Shown here: positions 54,785-63,443 of the stretch, piece after piece
Position numbering within the stretch: position 1 is the first letter of the stretch
Layout: each line of letters begins with the position of its first letter
Source of the DNA: Candidatus Eiseniibacteriota bacterium
Lineage (GTDB): Bacteria > Eisenbacteria > RBG-16-71-46 > CAIMUX01 > VGJL01
Assembly (NCBI GenBank): GCA_963792585.1
Contig: CAWBWI010000001.1
Span: forward strand, 1,600,001 to 1,664,000
Reading direction: 5' to 3'
DNA: 64,000 bases
Notes under the pieces: model-generated
Databases searched by the model: none
What the model was told of the DNA's origin: nothing
Seen by the model: only the letters and a program-made list of their open reading frames with translations
Made by a program: the position numbers and the translations under genes

Positions 54785-56587
54785 CTAATGAAGCATCAGC
54801 AACTTCACCTGGTCGCAGTTTCCCGTCGACGTCCATCGAGCCAGGTAAACACCGGCTGGAACGAGTCCCCCCGCCGCGTCGCGTCCATCCCAGATCACCG
54901 TCTGCTCCCCGGGCAAGGCCGTTCCGGTCAGGAGAACTCGCACGAGGCGTCCACCGGCATCGTAGACCGCGAGCGTTGCCGGGCCGGATGTCGTGACCCG
55001 ATAGCGCAAGGTCGTCTGGCGCCCGAAGGGATTTGGTTGTGAGGCGAGCAGTCGGCTCTGGCCGATGGCAGCACTTCCATCGGTCGAGGATGTTGCGAAT
55101 CCGACGACGGCCGCATAGGCGTCGATCGTTCCCCAACCGTAAGAATTATCTTCACCGAGGGAACCACCATCCCGAGCGGTCTCCATGAGGATCTGCTTGA
55201 CCGTGTCGACCTCGACATCGGGGTCGGCCGCGCGGATCAGCGCGACGACTCCGGCCGCGTGCGCGCTGGCCATCGCGGACCCGCTCCAGATCTGATACGT
55301 CCCGCCGGGGTAGCTGGAGTAGATGTCCACACCGGGCGCCACCACCTCGGGTTTGATCTTGAGAGGATCTGGGACACTGCAACCGCTTGGTCCACGACTC
55401 GAGAAGGAAGTGACCGGATAGGGGAAATCGGAGTGCGCGGCGTCAACGGCTCCCACGGAGAAACCGTTGTACACCGTGGTCGCTCGGTCAGCGGGCGAGC
55501 GAATCGTCCCAGGAGCGGGCCCGTCTCCCCCCGCGGTCCAGACGATGACGATTCCGGCTGCCTCGCAATTGTCGATCGCCGACCACCAACGATTGTCACA
55601 GTCCGGGTATCCCAGGTACTCGTTCACGCCCCACGCGTTCAGGACCACGTCCGGCACGTCGTCGACGGTGTTCGGATTGCCATCGGGATCGGCGAACCAC
55701 TGGAGGCAATCGAGAACGTCAAAGTTGAACTCGGATCCCACACCCTGGCGGATCGCGTTGGCCGCGATCCACTGAGCGCCCCACGCAACGCCGATGGTGT
55801 CACCGGTTGCCGCCCCCAGGCCTGCGAGGGTGCCCGCGACATGGGTGCCATGGCCGGAGGCATCATCGATCGGGTAGCTGGTGTGAAGGTCGACGACGTC
55901 GTGCCAGCACTCCTGCCATGGGTGGCCATTGTTCCCACGCCATCGACTGCTCAGGGCGGGGTGGCTTCCGTCTACCCCCGTGTCCAGCACTCCGATGAGC
56001 GCGCCGGCGCCAGTGACGCCAAGCTCATGCCAGACCCTCGGGGCGTGGATCGCCCGCAGTCCTCCGGCGACTCCGACTCCGCGGGAGCTGCCGCCGGACC
56101 TGGCGTCCGTCCGCGCTCCAAGGTCCGGGACGGCCCGGGGGGCGGGCTCGACAGAGGCGATGTCGACCCTTCGGGCCAGTTCCTCGATTGCGGCGCGGGT
56201 GGCGCGCACGACGACCAGATTCGTGATCCAGAGGGCCGTGTACGTCGAGACCTCTCCGAGTTCGGAGCGGCGCTTCAGCTCATGAAGAAACGGAGCCTGG
56301 CTGCTTCGAGCCTCCGCCTGCAGTGCCTCGATCACGCGGTGATGCCGCTCTCTACGGGTTGCACGGGCAAGCGTGAGCGCGGCGCTCAAAGAGGGGATGT
56401 CGGCCTGCCGTTCGAGAACGAAGAGGACGGTGGTCGCCTCCGTCGGGGAGAGCTTCGAGATCTCCTCCTGCACCGCCGGGTGGATCTCCCCTGCCTGGAC
56501 GGTCACGGGGAATGCGTATGCGACGCAAAGCAAGGCGATCCCTACCAGGATCGGGAGTCTGGATGGCAAACCACTCGTATCACGCAT
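54785..56587 (-). CDS. S8 subtilase homologue (bacillopeptidase F-like) with FlgD/T9SS-like C-terminal domain; probably catalytically inactive
   Basis: Signal peptide, I9-like prodomain, LDTG, GHGTHVAG, FSSRGP, KPEVVAPG. The GTSM motif reads GSAM and AGN reads AGG. Confidence 0.9.
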   Translation of the reverse strand: MRDTSGLPSRLPILVGIALLCVAYAFPVTVQAGEIHPAVQEEISKLSPTEATTVLFVLERQADIPSLSAALTLARATRRERHHRVIEALQAEARSSQAPFLHELKRRSELGEVSTYTALWITNLVVVRATRAAIEELARRVDIASVEPAPRAVPDLGARTDARSGGSSRGVGVAGGLRAIHAPRVWHELGVTGAGALIGVLDTGVDGSHPALSSRWRGNNGHPWQECWHDVVDLHTSYPIDDASGHGTHVAGTLAGLGAATGDTIGVAWGAQWIAANAIRQGVGSEFNFDVLDCLQWFADPDGNPNTVDDVPDVVLNAWGVNEYLGYPDCDNRWWSAIDNCEAAGIVIVWTAGGDGPAPGTIRSPADRATTVYNGFSVGAVDAAHSDFPYPVTSFSSRGPSGCSVPDPLKIKPEVVAPGVDIYSSYPGGTYQIWSGSAMASAHAAGVVALIRAADPDVEVDTVKQILMETARDGGSLGEDNSYGWGTIDAYAAVVGFATSSTDGSAAIGQSRLLASQPNPFGRQTTLRYRVTTSGPATLAVYDAGGRLVRVLLTGTALPGEQTVIWDGRDAAGGLVPAGVYLARWTSTGNCDQVKLLMLH

Positions 56588-57080
56588 TCTGGCGCCCCCT
56601 CGAGTTGCGGCCCTGTCGAGCGACGGTCGGAGATGGCGCGATCATTATAGCCCATGCGTCGCCCAACGACGACTGTCCCGACGAGGGTGCGGATCCACAA
56701 GGCGCATTACCGGATTCCTGGAGATGGTGGGGCTTGCGTGCGCCGGTTCCGGCTGGTGGTGGCCGCCGAGCTGTGGATCCGGCGCTTTTCCGGTTGGCGC
56801 TCGCGTGGTGCCGAGAGACGCGAGCGCGGCCATCCCTGCTCGGCACCTCCACACTCGTGATCTTCTTCACCAGAAGTCGTCCGCTCGGCCCTCGTCAACG
56901 CGGGGTGATCGAGAGGCCGGTATGAAACGCGGTCCCGATGATCACCCTCCGGACAATCCCGTGGACCTCCCCCCCAAGGATTCGCTATTCTCTTCGGTTT
57001 AGTTTCGCGCCGCATCGTGATCCGTCCGTTCCGCCATCCCGTCGGAGTCAACGAGGCCGCTCGTCGTCCGGAGGTGAACC

Positions 57081-57641
57081 ATGATCCGCACTATCGCCGC
57101 TGCGCTCGTTCTCGCGCTCGTCGTGCCCGTCTCATCGCACGCCTTCATCCTGACCAAGGCGACCGTCTCCGGCGGCGCCGTCGCCACTGCGGGGACGAGC
57201 TACCGGCTTGGCGCCACCGTCGGCGAGGCGGGCGTGGTGGGTGTGACCGCCGGGGGAGGCTTCCGCCTCATCGAAGGATTCTGGAGGCCCGGCCTCGCTG
57301 TCCCGAGTGCCGTGGGTGATCCCATCGACGGACCGGCGCCCACGGAGCCGGGGCTTGCCATCCAGCGGAACGAGCACGGCGGCAACTTCCCCAATCCGTT
57401 CTGCGCGTCGACGACGTTTCGGTTCAGCGTTGCCCGTCCGTCGCCAGTCGCGATGACAGTCTACAGCGCCGCGGGACGTCGCGTGAGGACCCTGCTCAGG
57501 TCCGATCTGCCGGCGGGCCGCCACGAGATCGATTGGGACGGTCGGGATGATCTCGGTCGCGACCTCGGCGCAGGGGTCTACTTCGGCCGTCTCGAGATCG
57601 GCGCCTGGTCTGCCTCCCGAGCCATCCTGCACATTCGATAG
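57081..57641 (+). CDS. Small secreted protein: short Gly-rich domain + FlgD/T9SS-like C-terminal domain
   Basis: GGAGGTG RBS; signal peptide; SGGA..SYRLGATVGE..EGFW; NFPNPF..WDGRDD.G..GVYF. Confidence 0.85.
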   Translation: MIRTIAAALVLALVVPVSSHAFILTKATVSGGAVATAGTSYRLGATVGEAGVVGVTAGGGFRLIEGFWRPGLAVPSAVGDPIDGPAPTEPGLAIQRNEHGGNFPNPFCASTTFRFSVARPSPVAMTVYSAAGRRVRTLLRSDLPAGRHEIDWDGRDDLGRDLGAGVYFGRLEIGAWSASRAILHIR

Positions 57642-57666
57642 CGCGACTTGAAAGGAGCACTACGCG

Positions 57667-58986
57667 ATGCACAAGCTGACAATCCTGGTAATATGCGGCA
57701 TCCTGGCTCTCATCGGGGCCACGCAGGCGGTCCACGCCGCCATCCCCTCCACGATCGCCTTTCAGGGATACCTGACGGATCCAGGCGGCGCGCCTGTGAA
57801 CGGCACCGTGAGCCTCGGCTGCGCGATCTACTCCCAGCCCGCCGGGGGCTCGAGCATGTGGAGCGAGACGCACCCGTCGGTCTCCGTCGCCAACGGAGTC
57901 TTCGCGGTGGCGCTGGGAGCGGTCACCCCGTTCCCGGCGGGTCTGTTCGATGAAGCGTCGCGCTACCTGGGGATCCGCGTCAACGGCGAGGCGGAGATGC
58001 CACGCACGGAACTGCGCTCGGCGCCGTTCGCGTTCGGAGCCGAGACCGCGGCCACGGCGCAGGTCCTCACGGGGAGCATCGACATAAAGCTCGGCGCCGA
58101 ACCCGCACTCGCGACGTCCACCACCGCGGGCGGTCTGTTGCTGGAATTCCGGGACGTGGTTGGTGGATATCCGAGCGTCATCGCGGGGACATCGACTCCT
58201 GGAAATGGCCTCCTGCGGCTGTACGAGACCACGGATACGGGATTCGGCACACTGAAGGTGGAGCTCGATGCCGGCCAGGACGGAGACGCTTCGGTCCGAG
58301 TTCCCCTTGATGCCATCTCCGCACTGGAAATGCTCAACGAGCCCGGGATCGCCTGCAACAACAACACGGGCACGATGGAATTGACGGGTCCGATCCAGGT
58401 GCTGGTGAGTCGAACGATCACTCCACCGGGGAATGGCTACATCCTGGCCATTGGCCAGATCTCCACACGCATCACCCATACGGTCGGCACCGGGACGAGC
58501 TGTGTCGTCGGTCTGTCCGATGACGGCACGTCCTACGCATACGCCCAGGACATGAACATCCAGATCTCGAGCCAGGCGCCCAGCGGCCAGTACTCCATTC
58601 CCGTCGGTCTGAACTCCGTCTTCGCCGCGGTGATCGATCAGCCATTGACCGTCTCCATCATCGCGGAGGAGATCTCAGGCTACGTGCTCCTGGAGGACTT
58701 CTCCCTGACGCTCCTCTACGTGCCGACGGCCTACGGCTCCGTGGACCTGGCCCTCGCCAGAGGGGACGGCGTCGATCAGGACGGCAGCGGCACGCTCGAG
58801 GCTCCGTTGACACAGAGCGAGATCGACGCGGAGCGCGCGGAGTCCCAACGCTGGAACGCCGAGCGGATCCAGCGCGAGATCACCGAAATGCGGGATGAGA
58901 TCGCCGAGATGCAGCGGAGGATGGAGGAGGAGCGGAGGGCCGCGGGGAGTTCTACCGCGACGCCGGCTGTGTCGGGTGGACGGTGA
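57667..58986 (+). CDS. Secreted fibre/adhesin-like protein with C-terminal coiled coil
   Basis: AAGGAG RBS; signal peptide; N-terminal IPSTIAFQGYLTD..G.PVNG..WSET..GVFAVALG..YLGI.V..PR..L.SAPFA; heptad-rich C-terminus. Confidence 0.75.
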   Translation: MHKLTILVICGILALIGATQAVHAAIPSTIAFQGYLTDPGGAPVNGTVSLGCAIYSQPAGGSSMWSETHPSVSVANGVFAVALGAVTPFPAGLFDEASRYLGIRVNGEAEMPRTELRSAPFAFGAETAATAQVLTGSIDIKLGAEPALATSTTAGGLLLEFRDVVGGYPSVIAGTSTPGNGLLRLYETTDTGFGTLKVELDAGQDGDASVRVPLDAISALEMLNEPGIACNNNTGTMELTGPIQVLVSRTITPPGNGYILAIGQISTRITHTVGTGTSCVVGLSDDGTSYAYAQDMNIQISSQAPSGQYSIPVGLNSVFAAVIDQPLTVSIIAEEISGYVLLEDFSLTLLYVPTAYGSVDLALARGDGVDQDGSGTLEAPLTQSEIDAERAESQRWNAERIQREITEMRDEIAEMQRRMEEERRAAGSSTATPAVSGGR

Positions 58987-59029
58987 TGGGGCGTTGGAGG
59001 TCAGATACCGCTCTCTGCCGACATGTCTG

Positions 59030-59184
59030 CCGAGCGGCCGGATCGATCCGTCGAAGTAATGGGGCTCGAGCCATTGCCGGTCGGCATCGCCGACCAGGAT
59101 CAGCGATGAGATAGGGTTCACGCCGTCGGAACCCATGAAGCCGCCAGGACCACCGATCAGATAGAAGCGTGAGTAACCTGACGT
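59030..59184 (-). pseudogene. Probable truncated gene remnant with ATG replaced by ACG
   Basis: AAGGAGG RBS followed after 7 nt by ACG-SGYSRFYLIGGPGGFMGSDGVNPISSLILVGDADRQWLEPHYFDGSIRPLG; the frame then runs into the antisense of the convergent gene. Lower boundary approximate. Confidence 0.5.
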
Positions 59185-59196
59185 GCGTGTCCCTCC

Positions 59197-59610
59197 TTAT
59201 CTCTGGTCCTCGTTGTCCTCGCCATCACAGCCCGCGCCTGCTTCCCCCTCCTCACTCATCCCCGGCGCGAAGTCGATCCCGAAGTACGCCGTCATGGCCG
59301 TGGGGCCGCAGGCCATCCCCTCCCAGGTCACGCCGAGGCAGAGCATCGTCGGCGACTCGATCCGCTGGGTCAGCGGGTGCACGGGATGCTCGTCCCCCTC
59401 CTCGCACTCCGCGACGGCCTCGTCCGCGAGTCTCGCGAGGCGGGGTGCGAGATTCTCGAACTCTCAGACCTCGTCGATGTAGATGAAGGCCTCGTGCCGG
59501 CAGAGTTCGCCGAGCCCCTCCCCGCACACTCTCCTGCCGCATGCGGGGCAGTAGAGGTTCATGAACTCCTCCTCCTCTTCGAGTCGGATGTCGACGATCG
59601 GGACCGGCAT
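59197..59610 (-). pseudogene. Acidic Cys-rich hypothetical gene interrupted by an in-frame TGA (nonsense mutation or Sec)
   Basis: GGAGGAG RBS; MPVPIVD..YCPACG..LCRH..YIDEV-TGA(59464-59466)-EFENLAP..GMACGP..GIDF continues in the same frame to TAA. Confidence 0.6.
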
Positions 59611-59665
59611 CGCGTGCTCCTCCTTCGGTTCGTACCTGGCTCGAGAGCGCACCGCCCTCAGACCA

Positions 59666-59701
59666 AGGTTAGGTAGGGGGTGTGACAGGTGTTGTCGCAC
59701 C
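59666..59701 (-). promoter_or_regulatory. Inverted-repeat operator/promoter resembling WYL-activator (PafBC/DriD-type) sites
   Basis: GGTGCGACA-N5-TGTCACACC palindrome (8/9 match); TGTCAC-N10-TAACCT on the minus strand. Confidence 0.55.
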
Positions 59702-59861
59702 TTCAGGCCGATCCGAGGAAACCCCAGAGGGCGGGCACCTGTGGTTGCCAACGGGCGATCGCGCCAGGGCGAGCAGATGCCGAGCCGAAGGGGCCATCTG
59801 GTATGATCGCTGCCGGTCGACGGGGTCATCGAGCATCTGGCAGAGCTGAAAGGAGGTCGCC

Positions 59862-62837
59862 ATGCCGCAGATCCGATCCGGCCGCCGCACCTTCGCGCCT
59901 CTGCTCTTCCTCACCACGCTCCTCCTCACGACGCCGGCCGAGGCGCGGACCGCCCCGCCCACGGCAACCTCCGCAGCCTCCCCAACGGATCCACGCTTCG
60001 ACGCCGCCCTCGCGCGCGCCGATTCGCTCCTCCGCGCTCGCAGCGCCGATGCCGCCTCGGCCATCCTCGACTCGCTCATCGAGCGCGCCGGCACAACTGA
60101 CAACGACGAAGCGGCACTGCGCGTCCACCTCGCCCGGGCACGCCTGAACGGACTCGTGGGCCGTCCGCGGCTGGGTCGAGAGAGCGCATCGGCCGCGCTG
60201 GAGCTGGCGAGCGCGCGGCACGATACGGCCTTCGTCTGCCAGGCGCTCCGCTGGCTCGCCGTCGCCGCGCAGCAGGAAGGGTCGATGCTGGAAGCTAGAA
60301 CCCATGCCGCGAGGCTCCTCGATCTCGCGAGAGGCAGGGGCGATCGATTCCACCAGGGTCAGGGCTTCCTCCTGATGGCCTATTCCGATCGGGTCACCGG
60401 CGAGCGGGATGCGGCGGAGGGCGAGTACCTGGAGGCGGTCCGCATCTTTGTCGAGCTCGACCAGCCGGTCTTCGAGCTCATGGCGCACCAGGGCCTCGCC
60501 CAGATCTACCTCGGCCACGGCGACATCGACGGCGCGCGGCGCTCCGATCTTCGCGTCCTGGAGGGAAGCCGCCGGATCGGCGACCCGTACGGCGAGGCGC
60601 GGGCGCTGAACGACCTCGGCGTGCTCGAGTTCACCTACGGCGATCCATCCACGGCCGCGGGCTACTACACGAGCGCCTTCGAGCTCCAGGTGCGGATGGG
60701 CGATGTGCCCGGCAGCGTGACGAGTGCGAAGAATCTGGCGGTCCTCCACACTTACATGGGCGAGTTCGACGAGGCGATGCGCGTGCTGGAGGACGCTCTT
60801 GCCCGTTGCGAAGCAGCCGGTCTTCGGAGCCAGGAGGCCGCGGTTCTGGAGCAGATGGCGATCGTCCGCCGGGAGGAAGGTATCCATGCCAAGGCGGTTG
60901 AGCTGTTCCGACGGGCCACGGAACGGACGCCTGGCGACACGCCCGATCCGCTCGCCGGGATCCTCACAGGGCTTGCCCGGACGCTGAGCATGCGGGACAG
61001 CACGGAGGCGGGGATCGCGCTCATGCTCGACCGGATCGAGCCGATGCGGGATCGGCTCTCGCCCCTGACCGCGTACAACGCCGAGCGCACACTCGGGGAT
61101 CTCATGCTCCTGGAGGATCGCTTTGCGGAAGCCCTCGAGAGGCTCGAACGAGCGGAGAGCATCGCCCGGCCCCGCGGCTTCGGCTTCCTGGTCGGGGTTC
61201 TTGCCCTTCAAGCGCGCTGCCACTCCCGTCTGAACCATCCCGACAGCGCGCGCGCATGCCTTGACCGCGCCGTCGCGTCGTGGGAGTCGGAGCGCGGTCG
61301 GATGCGGGATCCGATCTGGCGCGAGCAGCTCGAACTGGACGGCCGTCTGCTCTTCACGGAGATCTTGAGGCGGACGCTCGCGGACACGGTGCTGGGATCG
61401 GAGCAGGAGCGAGCCGGGCGCGCGTTCGAGTCGCTCCAGCGGTTCAAGACTCGGACGCTGGTCGAGCGGATGTTGGGTGCCTCCTCGGCCGGAATGGATT
61501 CGGCGGACTCCGCCGATTCGGCGGTGCCGGCGGGTCCGGACGCGAGAGCATTCGAGCGACTCCGCGGCGGCGTGCAGTTGGATGATCTTCAGGATCGCTG
61601 GCTCGGCGAGGACGAGATCCTGCTCGACTTCTTCCAGACGTCCGACGGCGTCTATCTATTCGGAGTGACCCGGTCGGATTGCAGGGTCACCTGGATTCCG
61701 TTCGACAGGGACACGCTAGCAACCGTCCTCCGGCGCTACAGGCAGCTCGCGTCGACGAAGCCGGGAGATACATCGACCGGGGCGGGAGATGCGCCCCAGG
61801 CGGGTCGCGCGCTGCTCGAGGCCGCGGGAGCCCGCTTGTCGAACTCGTTCCTGTCGGAAACGGCCGATCTCTTAGCGACGCACGAGCGGATCCTGCTCGC
61901 ACCGGATGGAGCGTTCCAACTCGTTCCGATCGAGCTCTGGCCGGCACCGTCGGCCGCCGGCGGATCACCCGGGCTGCCCGCACTGCCCGGGTCCCCCGGG
62001 TCGCCTGCAGCAACGACCGCCCCCCCGCTGATCGATCACTGGAAGATCTCCCGGGTTCCCTCCGCCGCGGTGCTCGAGGATTGCCGATCGCGGAGCGCGA
62101 GTGTGCCCGCGCTCGATCGTCCGGCCGTGATCCTGGCCGTGACCGGCAAGGCGCGACCCGGGCGCGCGGATCTGTCGTGGGCGTCGAAGGAGACGGCCTG
62201 GCTCGTGCGCTCGTTCCGTGGGGCGCGGGCGCGATCAATCTCGGGCAGCGAATATTCCCCGGCCTGGACCCCGGAGCTCGATCGCTGCGACGTCCTTCAT
62301 CTGGCCGCGCATGTCACGGTTGATGACGCCCACCCCTGGCGCTCCGGCCTCCCCGGCCTGCGGGCCCAGGAGATCGCAAAGCGGAGGCTCTCGGCACGGC
62401 TGGCGGTCCTGGCCGGATGCGAGTCGGCGGGAGGACGCGTCGTCTCCGGTGAAGGGGTGCTCGGATTGACATCCGCGCTGGAGGTGGCGGGACTGCCCAC
62501 GGTCGTGGCCACACTCTGGCCCGTCAGCGATCGGGTCACGTGGACCTTGACCCGGTCCTTCTACTCCGCGCTTGCCGCGGGACGCTCGGCCGGAGATGCT
62601 CTTCGGCTGGCCCAGAACACGGTTCGCGCCGATCCCCGAACGAGCCACCCCTTCTACTGGGCCGGGTTCGTCCTGATCGGCGAGGCGGAGACCCGGATCC
62701 CGTTGCAACACAAGGGCCCGCGCCCGGCTCTCCTTGCGAGCATCGCGGCGCTTGCCGCCGCCCTGGCGGTCGCGGGCTATCTCGGGCACCGATATCGCAG
62801 CCGGCGCTGTGATTCCGGCGCGGGAGGTGACTCCTAG
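59862..62837 (+). CDS. TPR + CHAT (caspase-like) domain protein with signal peptide and C-terminal membrane anchor
   Basis: AGGAGGT RBS; signal peptide; TPRs (ARALNDLG, SAKNLA); LAPDGAFQLVPIE, VLHLAAH, VLAGCES, GEGVLGL, VATLWPVSD, HPFYWAGFVLIG; TM helix followed by HRYRSRR. Confidence 0.92.
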   Translation: MPQIRSGRRTFAPLLFLTTLLLTTPAEARTAPPTATSAASPTDPRFDAALARADSLLRARSADAASAILDSLIERAGTTDNDEAALRVHLARARLNGLVGRPRLGRESASAALELASARHDTAFVCQALRWLAVAAQQEGSMLEARTHAARLLDLARGRGDRFHQGQGFLLMAYSDRVTGERDAAEGEYLEAVRIFVELDQPVFELMAHQGLAQIYLGHGDIDGARRSDLRVLEGSRRIGDPYGEARALNDLGVLEFTYGDPSTAAGYYTSAFELQVRMGDVPGSVTSAKNLAVLHTYMGEFDEAMRVLEDALARCEAAGLRSQEAAVLEQMAIVRREEGIHAKAVELFRRATERTPGDTPDPLAGILTGLARTLSMRDSTEAGIALMLDRIEPMRDRLSPLTAYNAERTLGDLMLLEDRFAEALERLERAESIARPRGFGFLVGVLALQARCHSRLNHPDSARACLDRAVASWESERGRMRDPIWREQLELDGRLLFTEILRRTLADTVLGSEQERAGRAFESLQRFKTRTLVERMLGASSAGMDSADSADSAVPAGPDARAFERLRGGVQLDDLQDRWLGEDEILLDFFQTSDGVYLFGVTRSDCRVTWIPFDRDTLATVLRRYRQLASTKPGDTSTGAGDAPQAGRALLEAAGARLSNSFLSETADLLATHERILLAPDGAFQLVPIELWPAPSAAGGSPGLPALPGSPGSPAATTAPPLIDHWKISRVPSAAVLEDCRSRSASVPALDRPAVILAVTGKARPGRADLSWASKETAWLVRSFRGARARSISGSEYSPAWTPELDRCDVLHLAAHVTVDDAHPWRSGLPGLRAQEIAKRRLSARLAVLAGCESAGGRVVSGEGVLGLTSALEVAGLPTVVATLWPVSDRVTWTLTRSFYSALAAGRSAGDALRLAQNTVRADPRTSHPFYWAGFVLIGEAETRIPLQHKGPRPALLASIAALAAALAVAGYLGHRYRSRRCDSGAGGDS

Positions 62838-62840
62838 AAG

Positions 62841-63443
62841 ATGAGAGGCAGTTGGCGGGAGGATGCGACGGACGAGGAGCTCGTCCGCGCGGTTCAGCAG
62901 GATGCGGCCGGTGAGGACGGTCGTGGCGCCGCCGAGGCTCTCTTCGATCGATACTGGAGACGCGTCTACCTGTGGTGCCATCGGCGGGTCGGGAATCACG
63001 ACACCGCCTGCGATCTGGCGCAGGATGTGCTCCTGAGCGCATACCAGAACATCAGGTCGTTCGAGGGGCGCTGCCTGTACAGCTCGTGGCTCTTCACGAT
63101 CATGCGCAACCGGTGCTTCCGGGCGCTGCGACGGCCGAGCCTCGTCCGGGACGAGGATGCGGAGATGGATCGCCTGGCCGACGGGCGCCTTCCGATCGAC
63201 GATGCGATCGCGGAGAAGGAGGACGAGGAATCCCTCCTGCGCCTGGTGCAGGAGTGCCTGGATCCGATCGAACAGGAGGCGCTGTGGCTCCGGGTCGTCG
63301 AACGGATCCCGGTGGACGAGATCACGGTGCGCCTGAAGCTCACCGCGGCATCCGGCGCTCGTGGTGTGCTGCAGAGCGGCCGACGCAAGCTGCGGGCCGC
63401 GATGGCGAAACGGGAGGACCGGCCGGAAGGGGATCGCCCATGA
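62841..63443 (+). CDS. ECF RNA polymerase sigma-70 factor
   Basis: TDEELV, ACDLAQDVLL, FEGRC.YSSWLFTIMRNRC; region 4 LDPIEQEALWLR..IPVDEIT..L. Confidence 0.9.
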   Translation: MRGSWREDATDEELVRAVQQDAAGEDGRGAAEALFDRYWRRVYLWCHRRVGNHDTACDLAQDVLLSAYQNIRSFEGRCLYSSWLFTIMRNRCFRALRRPSLVRDEDAEMDRLADGRLPIDDAIAEKEDEESLLRLVQECLDPIEQEALWLRVVERIPVDEITVRLKLTAASGARGVLQSGRRKLRAAMAKREDRPEGDRP

